The translations under genes and the position numbers were made by a program. 64,000 nucleotides of DNA from NCBI GenBank assembly GCA_013265495.1, contig MU061538.1, positions 1,693,339 to 1,757,338 on the forward strand, in the 5' to 3' direction. Below are positions 44,001-57,190 of this stretch, piece by piece. Position 1 is the first letter of the stretch; every line of letters starts with the position of its first letter. The DNA comes from Vicugna vicugna. Its lineage: Eukaryota. The notes below the pieces were generated by a model that saw only the letters and a list, made by a program, of their open reading frames with translations, was not told where the DNA came from and made no database searches.

Positions 44001-46489
44001 TGAAGTCTCCAGAAGCTGGCATGGATGGAGGACAGTCAGCGACAAATGCCACATCCAAGGTGTCCGGGTGTCCGGGCTTCGCTCCAGGGGTGCCTGTCGA
44101 GTCCCTGGGCTCACCCGCACAGCTCACAGGCACGTCACATGACCCCGCGAGGCAGGCGCTGGCATCCCGGCCCCAGACGAGGACCCCAAGGTGGGGAGGT
44201 CCTAAGTGTCTCGACAGGGACTCGGCGTGCGGCCCGGGGCTGAGCTCACATCCCTGCCAACTTGCCTGCATCTACTAAGCCTCGGACTCATGCAGAGCCG
44301 AGGGGAGGATGGACAGTGGTGGAATGAGGGGTCCCTGCCACCTGACCTGGGAAAACCGCGAGCCGTGGGATGGACAGCGCCATTCAGAGGACGGGGGCAG
44401 TGCCGAGGCGCAGGACTCTCGCTGGGCCAGCTCTGCACTGCCTGTCCTTCCAGAAGGGCGGGGCGGCCACCTTTGCACTTCATCATCTCGCTAAACCCAA
44501 GAGCCATGTTCAAGTGGACGTCTGCATTCAACTTTTTCAAACTGCAGACAGAAGTCGGCAGTCCAGCAGTAGGCAGCCCCGTGAAGTGCCATCCGTGTGA
44601 TGAAGGGACAGTGACAAGCGGGCCACGGCGGGCGGGGGCTCGTGTCGAGTGAGAGGTTTCTGTGGGGCCGAGGCTGGCAGAACAAAGCAAATGTCTGCAT
44701 GCCTTCAGAACAGCACTCTCACTTACAGAACGTGAGTAACCAGACCGACAGGGCCGGAGCGCGTGGCGGCGGTGTGCGGCCCGCTCCCTGGGCCTCAGGA
44801 CCGGTGGCCAGGGAAGGACATTGTATATCCCTTGCACGAGGTGAATGCGTGCCCCCAGGGTTTCCACAGCCCAGCGATGGTGACAGGTGGGGGGGTTTCC
44901 TGTAGGTTCTGAACGAAGATGAGACGTACAATTGCAAGTACGTGAACATCCTGTTTCCTCGTGAGCCAATATCTGAAGCATTCGACGTTCAATACGCACC
45001 CGTGGGTTAGCTGATAACTGTCTTTCCTTTAAGACCGCCCGAACTTGAACGTGTAAACTGAAAGCCTGCGTGTAGCGCCTGCGTTGGGGCGAAGTCAGGA
45101 GAACAGGGAGGGGTGGCCTGGACTGGGCGGGGACAGGGAGCTCAGTGAGGCTGAGAGGTGATTACTGATGCCATCTGCGGGGCTGGTGGCTTCAGATACG
45201 TGGACAGGCCTGGACGCCGCTTCATCGTGTGCACTGGGGACACACAGGCAGGCAGCGAGGTGACGTTTAAATCACTATTTATGAGCCTGCAGAGGGGCTG
45301 CTCTGGAGGCGTGACCCGCAGTGGACATGCACGTAGGAACCTGGAGTGGTTACTCAGAGCCTGCAGTTTCCAAATTCCCCGCGGGGCCACGCCGGACCGT
45401 CATGGAGACATCCAGCTTGCCCCTCTGCCCGGCCCTCCTGGCTGGAAGACCCAGAGCTCTGAGGGCCACACCTGGGGTGGCCCCTTTGTCTCCTGTCCCC
45501 AGCCTGCCTAGCCTCCTCCCTGGGGTCCCTGCCAGGGCACATCTGCTCAGACAGCTTGACCACCATCTACAAGCCTGGCGGCAATTCCCCAGAGGGCCCT
45601 TCCCATGGCTGGAGAAGACCCAGCTCTTTGCTGCTTCTCCAGGCCTTTGGGGCAAGAGTGCCAGGTGCCCCCTCAGACCCGGGGCTGGAGAGGCCCCAGC
45701 GCACATCAGAATCACCCCGGGCGGCGAGGGGCGGGGGCGGGGGGACTTGCTGGGCGCCATGCCCTCGCTGCCCCCTCAATGGGTGCTTGAGAAATCTTCT
45801 CAGGGATAAAACTGCTTTGGCAAGCCCACGACAGGGCTGGCTGCCAAATGCTCTCCCAGCAGAAGGGGCCGTTTTGCAGGAAGGAGGAAAAATGATTGCA
45901 AAGATGGGCTGACGTCAGCTTTGTCTTTGGGCCTGAACGTTGGCGGCACGAGGCAAAGCGCTCTGTCTCCTCCTCCTCCTGACACCCTCCCTTCCCTACG
46001 AGTCAGGACGGGCCCTACATCTCAGGACTCCAGCCCCAGGTGCCCCCTGACCCCGTGCGCAGCACGGCTCCCAGGCTCTGGGGTCTGGGACGGCGAGGTG
46101 CTGCCCCGGGAGGCACACAGACCACGTTAGACCTCACCTGGCAGTGCCGCCCAGACGGAGAGCCTTCCGATCACCGGTGTTTCCGCAGCCGGACCCTCCC
46201 CAGTCTGAGCGCCTGCAAGGAGGCGTCCGAAAGCCCACGGGCTCCGTGCTTCGTTGCTGTGTCCCATAACCATTCGGTGACCCGGGGATCACCCCCTGCC
46301 GTCACTCCCAGTTCACCCGGGAGAAAACGAGAAAGGAGTGGCCCACACTCAGAGTCAGCAGCAAGACTTCGAACCACACGTCGGTGGTCCTAGGGGAGAA
46401 GAGAGGGCTACTACGGGGCTGGGCGCGGGGGCTGCAGCTCAAATCCTGTGGTACCCAGAGAGAAGCCTGGAAACAAGACAGACAAGCGT

Positions 46490-46775
46490 CAGGAACCTGA
46501 GTTCAAATCCTCAGCTGTGTGACCTTGGATAAACCGCCTAACCTTTCTGAGCCTCACTGGCCTCATCTATAAAATAAAGACAATCAAACGACTTCAGAAT
46601 TGCTTTCAGGATGGAAGAATTATAACTAATACCTACTGGGGGCTTCCTAACGTGCGGGGCCCTAAGAGGTTTTCAGGCAGCACTTAGTTTAACCCTCACA
46701 GGGCCTCTCCCTCTGGTACTGGGGAAATTTAAGCAGAGGGTTGAAGTAACTGGCTCTCAGCAGCACAGACAGTCA
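46490..46775. mobile_element. Two adjacent MIR fragments in opposite orientation
   Basis: Plus: CCTGAGTTCAAATCC..GCTGTGTGACCTTGGATAA...AACCTTTCTGAGCCTCA...CTCATCTATAAAAT. Minus: TTTAACCCTCACA...GGAAATTTAAGCAGAGGGTTGAAGTAACTGGC. Confidence 0.7.
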
Positions 46776-48039
46776 GCGCTACAAGAGGATGTGAGTGGGG
46801 TGCCGCAGGGCGCAGGGACTGGGAGGGGTCCTGCGTGCCCACCCCAGCTGAGGGCGAGGGTCGTCTGGACTCAGAGATGGGGAGGGGCCCTCCAGGGAGC
46901 CAGGTCGGCCGGTGGCATCCCAGAACGGTGCACAGGCAGGGCTGCATGGCTGCAGCCAGGAAGATGACCTACAGTTTGCGGCAGAAAACGAAGCCTGTGT
47001 CTTCACTGAAGGGGAAAGGTCTTCCTACCCAGAGTCCCCAGTCTCTGAACATGTCTGCCTCCAGGTCACAGCTCATCGAAGGCAGAAGGACAGAACCACG
47101 GCTGAAGTCTTATCACCTTTCAGGGCACATCTTCCTAGAAGTAGAGCCAAAGACATCCCTGCTCTCTGGACAGCCACACCAGATACACTGGAATCCCCTG
47201 CAATCTTACAAAAAGCCGTTGCTCTGTGGGATGGTGGGGCGTCCCCCACCGCAGGCCTCCCCAGGGCCAAGTCAGGAGTGGTGCTGCTCCCGTGAAGTCC
47301 ACACAGGTCCTCCTCAGTCCCCAGGCCGTGGGCGTCATGCTCTCAGCGCCCAGCCGAGAGCCACCCGCCCACCTCCCTAATCTGCTGGTGGGGAGCTTGC
47401 GATGTCAATGGCTTGACACCCCCAGCCACTCCTGCCTCCTGTCAAAGACAGTGAAGGCCAGCCTCCCACCCAAACCCACCAGTCCCCAGAACTGCCAGGG
47501 AAGAGGAGCTTGGGAAAGGATGGGTGTCTGGGCGAGGAGGAGGCTGCAGCACTGGGCAGAGAGGATAAGGGGGTTGGGTCCCCCAGCGGGGGTCCTAGCC
47601 AGCAAGGCAGAGACTCAAGGGACAAGGCACTGGGACAACATTCGTAGGGGGTGTGGGAGGGGGGCAGGGCAGGGGGCTAGGTGTGACGTTTCTCAGCACC
47701 AGGGAGCCAGGCCGACAGTGAGTCTGGAGGCCTCATCGCCGTGGGGAGGCTGGGAGCAGCCTGGCCTGGTAGGAGATGCCACAGGGTAACCGCACCATCC
47801 CGGGAAAGGAGCCTGGTCTTTGTGCCTGGGGGGCCCAGGTCTGAGCCCCAGGGAACTCACTCTGAGAGACCATGGGCAGTCACGGGGTCCCTTGGGCTCA
47901 GTGTCCTCGGTCAAAAAATAAATAGAAGGAAGACCAAACAGGGCGCAGTGAAGCTAACACAGCAGAGAAGGTCTTGGAAGACGGCCGTCCCCTTTCCCCA
48001 GACTGGTGACTTTTGGATGCCCTCAATTTGCCCCAGGCT

Positions 48040-48870
48040 TTAAATTAGGGGGGCCGGTGCCTGGACGTGGGGCGGGGGCGCCCAGCCTGACCTGGCCTTG
48101 GCCCCGAGCGTGCGTCCGCGCCTAAGGGGAAGGCTGTGTCTGAGACGGCGGGCTGCGGGCGCGGGCACGGCCCCTCGCGAAGAGCGGCGTCCGAGTCCAA
48201 GCAGCGGCGGGGCCTGGTGTGAAGCCGGGACCCGGCCGGGACTTCCTGCCCGTGGTGCGGGCAGCCCGCGTCTCCCCAGGCGTGCGTCCCGAGGGGCAGG
48301 CAGAGGGGCGTGAAGAGAGGAGGGGACGGCGTGCGCAGGCGCCGGACGGAGCCCGAGCCCGGGAAAGGCAGAGGCACGCGCCAGCGGAGCGGGACAGGCC
48401 CGGGGTCCCAGGGAGAGCCTGCGGGCGGGCTGCGGCGTTTCAGGGCTCAGCGGGTTCCCTCCGAGTGTGAGCCTCAGACCCGCAGTCTGGCCGGGGACGC
48501 TGAGTTAACTGGCTTGCTTCAGGGGTTCTCCGTCTTGAAAAGCGGAGAAACTGGAATTAGACCGAGCCCTGTGTCCTTCCGGGCCCCGGCGCCTCCCCGA
48601 CGCCCTCCTGGCTCCAGTTCAGGAGCGGGTGCGGGGACGCGGCCCAGGATCTGGGCGAGGGACGCCCACAAGCCGGAGGTTAATCATTGACAGGGACCAT
48701 GCGGCCTGGGGAGGGCTCAGCCCAGCGTTTTCAAGGAAGTAGCACGAGGCGCCCGCAGCCCCAGGGAGGAGGTGTAGTGGGAACTCAAAAATATTTTTCA
48801 TTCTTCCCCACGTAGGGCAGGCGGGGTGAGCGGCAGTGCGCATTCCTCATCCCGGCTGAGCTGAGCCCTG
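48040..48870. promoter_or_regulatory. CpG island (orphan; no associated coding exon seen)
   Basis: High CpG density, GC box GGGGCGGGG (about 48069), ETS core ACTTCCTG (48241), possible donor GGG|GTGAGC near 48826. Confidence 0.65.
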
Positions 48871-51206
48871 GCCAGCAGCTGCCAGGGACCAGAAGTGGAT
48901 GGCAGGGAGGGAGACGGATGCGGGCTGACCGTGCAGGGGCCACTGGCCACACGAGGCCCGAGCCACCAGCAGCCAGGGCCAGCCAGGTCTCCTAGGGAAA
49001 CCCTCCAGCCCGCACCTTCGAGAGTCACCCTGAGTCATCCCCAAAATGTGGCCAATGCCACTCAGGTGGCACACCCCACACTGCGAGTGCTGAGCTGATT
49101 CTGATTTTGACATCCCCCAGCTTTTCTGAGTTGAAGACTGAGTGTCCAGAGGGAGCAGGGGATGGACAGGCAGAGCTCTTCCTCATGACCCCATAGGAGC
49201 TGCCCTTGCTCCGGACCTTGCCTCTCGCCTCACCTTCTCCATGGCAAGCTGCCCTCCTAGGTTTCCTTTCCTTGGAAAATTAACAGCTGGTGCTGTTGGT
49301 TGAGTTACACCCACTGGAGCACCGCCTTCCATGGCAGGTGTGACAGCCTTGTTACCTGCCCTCTAATCACGGCACTGATTTGAAGGTTGAGAGATGAAGC
49401 CAGCCTGCCCTTGCTCTGCCCTTGAGAACAGGGACGTGACACAGACCTACGACCCATACACATGTAAGACCAGGCCTACTTGCAAAGGAAGAACAGCCCA
49501 CCATGGTCCCCTGATCTCCAAGGACCCCGAGGTCCAGCCCCTGCACTGCACGGCCCAGCTGTGACCTGGAGAGGGGGACGTGAGTGCTCAGCCCTCTCCG
49601 GGGATGGCAGTGAGCACACTCTCTAGATAAGCTCAAATGGCTTCACCTCCAAGGAAGGCATACATTTCCTCCAAGGAAGGCGCATTGTCACTGTTATCTC
49701 TGGAGTGACATTCCAAACAATGGCCTCTCAAGGAGCAAGGAGTGGGGACCCCGGTCCTCCTCTTCCCGTCGGCCCGTCGTGGCTCGTTCAACACAGAAAG
49801 GCGTCTGGCCAGGGCTCCAAAATGCATTCCTGTTTTCTGCCCTTCCAGCATCTTCCCCATTCTGGCCTCCACCCAGCTCAGCGCCAACCATCCTGCTGGG
49901 GAAATTCCTGCCTGGGGCCCCGGACACCTCTCCTCACATCCCAGCCCCCAGAGGACCTTCCCCCTCTGACGGCATTGCAGTCCACCACCCTGCGTTCTCT
50001 CTGTTCCTGGAGTCGAGCGGAAGCTTCGTGTGGCCCAAACAAAGAACCTGCATTCTCTTCACATCCACCCCACCCGCCACCTCCTGCGGACCACAGCCGG
50101 CCTTCGGCAAAGGCTTGCTGACAGAGAAGGAAGTGGCTCCGAGGTGTAACCCACCGACTTCCTGACCCTGAGTCATCTGGTGGAGAAGGGACATCGCTCA
50201 AAGCAGCTTGTACACACAAAACAAGGGAGACGGGGAAAGGCCCATAGACCATAATGTCTCCTGTTTTATTGCAGATAATTTAATACAAAATGGAAAGTAG
50301 AATGGAGGTAGAAATGACGGTAATAAATCGTTCCGGCCGGTTGTCATCGCCCCAAGACAGAGCAGGGATGGGATGGGAGAAAGCCGTGGTTGGGGATCAG
50401 AGCTCACGCTTCTACTTTCAAGGTGAAGTTCCTCAGGGGATAAAAACAAATGCCTTTTCCGAAAATTGGAGGGATGGCACAGGTAAAGATGTCTGTGAGG
50501 GGGTGTGCCCGCCAAGCCAATGCCTCCCCGGCAGATGGGAGCGAGTGTGGCTTCTCTCCAGGGCTCGTTCATCACCCGCCCTGGGGCTGCCATGGAACCA
50601 GCAGGCCGTGCAAAGCAACAGCTGGCCTTAGAAACAGGAGAGTGCAGACCAGCACAGTTTAATTCCTTGTCCAAACAGACAAACAAAATTGGCCTCTGCC
50701 AAGGGGACGCAGTGCAGTCAGGGTGCGTGGAATCACCTGCACACCGGGGTGGGACACGGGTCCACCAGCACAAGGCCCTGCCAGCCTCCATCCCATCCCT
50801 TGTTGGCAAAGCAGGGGGAGGTGGCACATCACGAACCTGGCAGGGAGGGAGGGGGCCCGGGCTCTAAAGCCAGGAATTATCTAAAATGAAGCAAAGACGA
50901 GCAGGTGAAAAGCCCAAGTGATTTCACCCAGAAGCCCCCTTGCAGATCTGACGTACGGAGACTGAAAGGCAGATCAGGCTGCGCAGAAGCTGTTCAACAA
51001 GGGCAGACGGTTTCAGCACAAGAGTAGTCCAGCGGAAGCCCAGGGATACTTCTTGGGCCAGCAAGTGACCATGTGACGCAGCCCGCTCCTGAGGCCCCGG
51101 CCTCCTTGCATCAAACAGGGATGGCGCCACGTGGAGAAAGGCGGACGACAGAACATGGCCGTCGCTTTTAAGCCACACAGCCAGGGCTCCTAAAGAGGTG
51201 GGCCCC

Positions 51207-51330
51207 NNNNNNNNNNNNNNNNNNNNNNNNNNNNNNNNNNNNNNNNNNNNNNNNNNNNNNNNNNNNNNNNNNNNNNNNNNNNNNNNNNNNNNNNNNNNNN
51301 NNNNNNNNNNNNNNNNNNNNNNNNNNNNNN
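51207..51330. other. Assembly gap (124 N)
   Basis: Run of N. Confidence 1.
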
Positions 51331-52699
51331 ATGTCCTCAGGAGTGGCCAGTGCTTGTCCTCTAAGGGTGAGCTTCGCCTTTCAGAACAGCCCGAGGTGGG
51401 AGAAGACAAACCCAGCGAGTGAGGTGGGCCGTCCGACGGGGTCAGGGCTCAGCCTCCAGGGACGAGCACCGACGGGGATGTGTGTGCCGCGTGCGTCGCG
51501 TGAGCAAAGTGTGTTTTTCCTTGCCAGAGGTTTGCGTGTGTGTGCGTGTGTGGGCACGGGAGGTGTGCCACGCCCTGTTTTGAGGACCCATTGAGTTAAC
51601 AGACTCACAAGTAAATGCCCTGGGGAGTCCCACTGTTTAAAGGCACTTCGCAGCCAGTCTTCTCGAAGAGCAAATAAACCTGCAAATGGGTATGTCTTCT
51701 AAATCTGGATTATTTATCTCAGCGCTACTTCAATAAAGAACCTACCTGAACTTGGTTGAAATGCACATGCATATAAAACACACTTAAAGGGTCTATGACC
51801 TCTAAGGAGAAGACTGGTCAAAAATTCCAAATAAACATCCCGCTTTACAAAGCCAGCAGGGAAACAGGCACCAGGATTTACAAGCCCAGAGGGGGCGGTG
51901 GCCCCTCCCCCAGGGAGACAGGCGTCCTGAAGACACCCCCCGGGGACCGCTGGTCTCCTCACCCGCACTGCCGGCCGGGGCGCGTCCCGCCCGCTGCGAG
52001 CGCAATGTGGTCTGTGAGCATTAACGCGCTCTGGGGATCAGAAGGCAGTCTGTCTCTGCAAATCACTGCAGCTGAACTTTATCTGAGTTCAGGGGAAAGT
52101 CGCCTTCAGGTAAACAGGCACACTTGCCAAGTGGAAATCCCAGCCCTTGTGTATTCAGTAAACGAGTGAAGATAAGATTTCCTCTTTGACAACATGACGG
52201 ATACAGACGTGGAACAGGCCTGCTGTGCTGAGAGCAGGTGCCCGCGGAGCGCCCAGCACTGCAGCCCAGCACCTGGCAGGTCCGCCCTTCTGAGGCTTCC
52301 AGGGCCTGGAAGCCGGGACTTCTCCCCAGAGTCAGTGGTTCTGAGACTGCCGGAGCCCCTCCCATCAAAATTAATGGCCTGCTTTAGCATATTTGCAAAG
52401 CTTCGTCCAGATTACTGACACTTAGATACAGAGAGCAAAGAACTGCTGACCTCAGAGAGGCCTGAGTCACACTCTTGGTTTCCCGTATCTGCTGTAATTT
52501 TATAAGAAACCATCCACATGTGTCTCCAAATTTGACTCCCAGCGTCCCAGTGAAATGAGCCCATGTATCTGACCCTAAATCTTTAGCTACAGAATCAGTT
52601 GGAGCCACAGAATCAATCAACTCCGCTTCTCAGTGATGCTGAGATTCAAGGTGGAGTCTCCCCGCCCCCGTCTCGTGGCCTCCCCACAGAAGAGCTGAG

Positions 52700-53063
52700 T
52701 CTCCAGGCTTTTTCTGTAAAGACGTGGCAGTTTTTTTAAGACTACCACGAAGCATTTACCTTTCCAGTGCGATCACAAAAAGTACAATGTTTCATTCATT
52801 GAAAATTTGCCCAAGTGTCTAGCTGTACGATCACAACCATAAGCAACCATGTCCACAAAAAAACAAGGCGTTGACCTGAATGTAATTACTCTTGAAAAGG
52901 TTCTTATGCAATACTTCCACTCCATGTGGTCACCAATTTTTGCCATCTAAGTGCACATTCGAGGGGGCGCCAGAGGCATAAGAAAATTTCGTGGGACATC
53001 AGCTTAACATCGAGGAAGCTGTATCTATTAACTCACACTTTTTTCTAATTCAGTTCACTGAAC
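52700..53063 (-). mobile_element. Possible mariner-like DNA transposon remnant whose end was hit by an L1
   Basis: AT-rich block ending CAGTTCACTGAACTTTT; after the L1 the sequence resumes TAAGCCTTT. This resembles a mariner-type terminus (GAACTTTTTGAA..CCTCGTA), but the similarity is weak. Confidence 0.25.
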
Positions 53064-53448
53064 TTTTTTTAATTGAAGTCTAGTCAATTTATAATGTGTC
53101 AGTTTCTGGTGGATAGCATAGTGCTTCCGTCACACCTGTACATGCGTAGATCCTTCCCGTATTCTTTTTCATTATAGGTTACTATCAGATATTGAATACA
53201 GTTCCCTGTGCTACACAGTAGGACCTTGTTGTTTATCTATTGTGTATCTAGTAGTTAGTATCTGCAAATCTCAGGCTCCAAATTTACCCCGTCCCACCCC
53301 CTCTCCCCACTGGTAACCGTAAGTTTGTTTTCTAGGTCTGTGAGTCTGTTTCTGTTTTGTGAGTAAGTTCATCTGTGTTGTTGTCTTTTTCTGATTCCAC
53401 ATACAAGTGATGTCATATGGCTTTTTTCTTTGTCTGCCTGGCTTACTT
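53064..53448 (-). mobile_element. 5'-truncated L1 3'UTR (artiodactyl type)
   Basis: TTTTTTAATTGAAGTCTAGTCAATTTATAATG...CAGTTCCCTGTGCTACACAGTAGGACCTTGTTGTTTATCTA...CTGGCTTACTT; homologous to 8808-9200. Confidence 0.9.
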
Positions 53449-54369
53449 TAAGCCTTTATTACAGCTAACACTTCAGCAAACACCCAAAGCTATTCTCCCT
53501 TCCTCCGGTAGCCCAATTCAGCTCATAGGACGACAGTGGTTTTGCAGAAGCTTCCAGAACTACAGCTTACTGTCTTGTCTCCTAACAATTGGAAGCCCTT
53601 GACACTGTCTTTGAAATAAAATCCACTCCACCGTGGGCCACAGAAGACAGGCAGAGGGAATTCTGGTTGTATTTGCGTGAGTGCCAAGACGATACCCCTC
53701 AGAAGGAAGCCAGCCGGTCCCGAACACCAGGATGATAGTGAGGGCAGCCTCAGCTCTGTCCTCTTTTCTGGCCAAATCTCGTAATTCTTATGTCACTTAC
53801 ACCTGTATCCCCACGCGTGACTTGGCCCCCATGCAGACTCGTGAGAGAGTACCAGAGCATCTTCCCTCTTTCAGAAAATCTCACCCAGAGAGGTGACTTT
53901 CCCGAGTCCCAGCTCAAGAGTCCCAGAGCAGACCTCTTTCCAAAACAGAGGACTGGGTGAGCAGGGCGTCCCTAGTGCCCTATAACAGCCCTAGAGGACA
54001 TGCTGGAGGAGTTCTGGCCTGTCACCTTTGATGAAAAGCAGAATTGAGGAGAGCTGTTATATGGATGATTAGCTAACGAAGATTCCTGCAAAAACCTGGC
54101 TCTGTAATTGGGTTTCTCTTGGTCACATACATGCAATGACCCAAAGCCCAAGGCCAGGGGAGGCTCAGGTAGCCAGCATGAAGAGGGAAGTGTGTGCTCC
54201 AGTGTAAACAGTAGATGCTGACCCGGTGTCTTGGCCATCCTGTCCAAGATCCTGTACCAGGACGGATTAATCACTTACACTGCTTTCCACTGAGGTCCTG
54301 TTCAGGAGGCTTTGAGAACATCATTTACAATTCTTCAAGCACTTTACAAGTGTTTCTCAAATATCTTTT

Positions 54370-56790
54370 GTCCATCAACATGATAAAGGCTGTATATGAC
54401 AAGCCCACAGCTGATATCACACTTACTGGTGGAAAACTCCCCATTCCCCTCTAAGATCAGGAACAAAACAGGGCGCCCACTCACTACTTTTGTTCAGGAA
54501 TAACACTAGAAGTCCCAGCTCGAGCAATTAGCCAACAGAAAGAGACAAAGGCCTCCAGTCAGAAAGGAGGAAATAAAACTGCCTGTTTGTAGATGACATG
54601 ATATTATACATAGAAAATCCTAAAGATTCCACAAAAGAAAAAAAACCTGCTAGAACTAATAAATGAATTCAGTAAAGTTGCAGGATACAAAATCAATGTA
54701 CAAAAATCTGTTCTATTTCTATACGCAATAGACTATTAAAAAGAGAAATTAAGAAAACAGTCCTATTTACAATTTTATCAAAAAGAATAAAATATCTAGG
54801 AATGAATTTAACCAGGAGGGAAAAGACTAGCACTCTGAAACATGTAAGACATTGATGAAAGAAACTGAAGAAAACACAGATAAACAGAAAGATATCCCAG
54901 GTTCATGGATTTGAGGAATTCATATTGTTAAAATGTCTAAACTACCCAAGGCTGTCTATAGATTCAATGCAACCTCTATCAAAATTCCAATGGCATTTTT
55001 TACAGAAGTAGGAGTAATAATTCTAAAACTTGTATGAATCCACAAAAGATCCTGAACAGCCAGAGCAATACTGAGAAAGAAGAACAAAACTGGAGGCATC
55101 TTGCCTCTTGGTTTCCAAGTGTATTATAAAGCTTTAGTAATCAAACCAGTATGGTACTGGCAGCAAAATAGACACAACAGACCAACAGAGTATCACATAG
55201 AGCCCAGAAGTAGTCCCTGCACTTATGTTCAAGTAACATTTGATGAGAGGCAGGAGTACCCAATGGTCGAAGGACAGTCTCTTCAATAAATGATGTTGGG
55301 AAAACTGGACAGCCACAAGCAAAATAGCAAAACTGGACCACTATGTCACACCATACACAAAAATCAACTCAAAATGGATTAAAGACTTGAAAGTAAGACC
55401 TGAAACCATAAAACTCTTAGAAGAAAACATAGGATGTAAACTCCTTGACATTGGTCTTGGCAATGATTTTTTTGGACTTGACACCAAAAGCAAAGGCAAC
55501 AGATGCAAAAATAAACAAATGGGATGACATCAAACCAAAATCTTCACTGCAAAGGAAACACCAACAAAATGAAAAGGCAGCCTGCCGAGTGGGAGAAAAA
55601 TTGTGCAAATCATGTATCTGATAAAGATTAATATCCAAATATATAAGGAACCCATACAAGTCAATGTCAAATAAACAGTCTGATCAAAAGGTGGACAGAG
55701 GACCTGAATGGACCTTTCTCCAAAGAAGACATACAGATGGCCAACAAGTACATGGAAAGATGTTCAACATCACTAATCATCAGGGAAATGAAAATCAAAA
55801 CCACAATAAGATATCACCTCACCAAGGGGGCGGGGGTGGGGCGGGACAGACTGGGAGCTCAAAATGTGTAGACACGACAGGCATATGCAGAATAGATAAA
55901 CAAGGTCATACTGTGCAGCACAGGGAAGTATATACAAGATCTTGTGGTAGCTCACAGCGAAAAAAATGTGACAATGAATGTAGGTATGTTCATGTATAAC
56001 TGAAAAATTGTGCTCTACACTGGAATTTGACACAACATTGCAAAATGACTATAACTCAATAAAAAAAAGTGAAAAAAACTCACCTCACACCTGTTAGAAT
56101 AGCTATTATCAAAAAGACAAGAAGTAGCAAGTGCTGGCGGGGATGTGGAGAAAAGGGAAGCCTGATGTGCTGCTGGGGGAGTGTACGCTGGCCTGGCGCA
56201 GCTGCTGTGGAAAACAGAATGGAAGTTTCTCCAAAAGTTAAAATAGAACTACCATATGATCCAGAAATTCTCCTTCTGGGTAATTATCTGAAGAAAAGTC
56301 ACTGTCTCCAAAAGGCATCTGCATCTTCGTGTTCACTGGGGCGTTATTTACACAACAGACAAGACATGGAAACAGCCTTGTCCACTGAGAGGTGAAGGGA
56401 TAAAGAAATGTGGCGTATGTGTCCCATGTATGTATCACATTATCAGGTTGTTCAGCCCTTCAAAAACAGAAGATCCTGCCATTTGCAGCAACGTGGATGG
56501 ACCTTGAGGGCCTTATCCTAAGTTAAATAAGTCAGACAGAGAAAAACAAATACTATATGATCTCACTTATATGTGCAGTCTTTAAACACACACACACACA
56601 CCCCCCCAAGCTCACAGATACAGAGGACAGATTGGTGGTGGCCAGAGGCAGGGAGGGGGAGGGGAGCAGGGGGTGAAGGGGGTCAAGGGGGTCAAAAGGT
56701 ACAAACTTTTAGTTGTAAGATAAGTGAGTCCTGGGGATGCGATGTACCCATGATGACCATAGGTAACAATACTGTATTGTATATTTGGGG
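54370..56790 (+). mobile_element. Older L1 (L1MA8/9-like) 3' part, about 2.2 kb: decayed RT and C-terminus plus 3'UTR
   Basis: INMIKAVYDKPTADI..., TGTAGATGACATGATATTATAC (FADDMILY motif), [24 protein letters not shown], and 3'UTR GGTACAAACTTTTAGTTGTAAGATAAGTGAGTCCTGGGGAT...AACAATACTGTATTGTATA. Many frameshifts. Confidence 0.93.
55823..56079 (+). mobile_element. Young camelid-type L1 3'UTR stub nested in the older L1
   Basis: Highly similar to 35649-35880 (TATACAAGATCTT..GTAGCTCACAG..AAAAAAATGTGACAATGAAT...CTATAACTCAATAAAA). Flanked by TCACCTCAC at 55814-55822 and 56080-56088. Confidence 0.93.
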
Positions 56791-56799
56791 AGGAAAAAC

Positions 56800-57190
56800 A
56801 GTGAATGAAGGGCTAAACACCCGAGGTCTATTCATACAATGATACATTATTTGACTGTAAAATAAAATGAAGCTCTAACATGAGATGACAACATGGATGA
56901 ACTTGTGCAACACGAACAAGCCAGTCCCAAAGGCCACCTGTCCCACCGTCCTGTTCACGTGAAGTCCAGACCAGGGACAGCTACAGAGGACATGGGATGG
57001 GGTGCAGGGACGAGGAATGAAGACATAGGAAAGTTACAGCTACAGTTATTTTTATGGTCATGAAAATATTCTAAAACTGGTGATGGCTGCGCCCGAATCC
57101 GTGAATGTGCTAAAACCACGGACTAGACACCCCAGGTGGGTGAATTGTGTGGCATGTGAATTACAGCTCAACAAAGCCGTTGAAAACAAG
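56800..57190 (+). mobile_element. Old L1 (L1MB/L1ME-like) 3' end
   Basis: TATTCATACAATG...ACAACATGGATGAAC...TGAAAATATTCTAAAACTGGTGATGGCTGC...TGTGAATTACAGCTCAACAAAGC. Confidence 0.75.
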
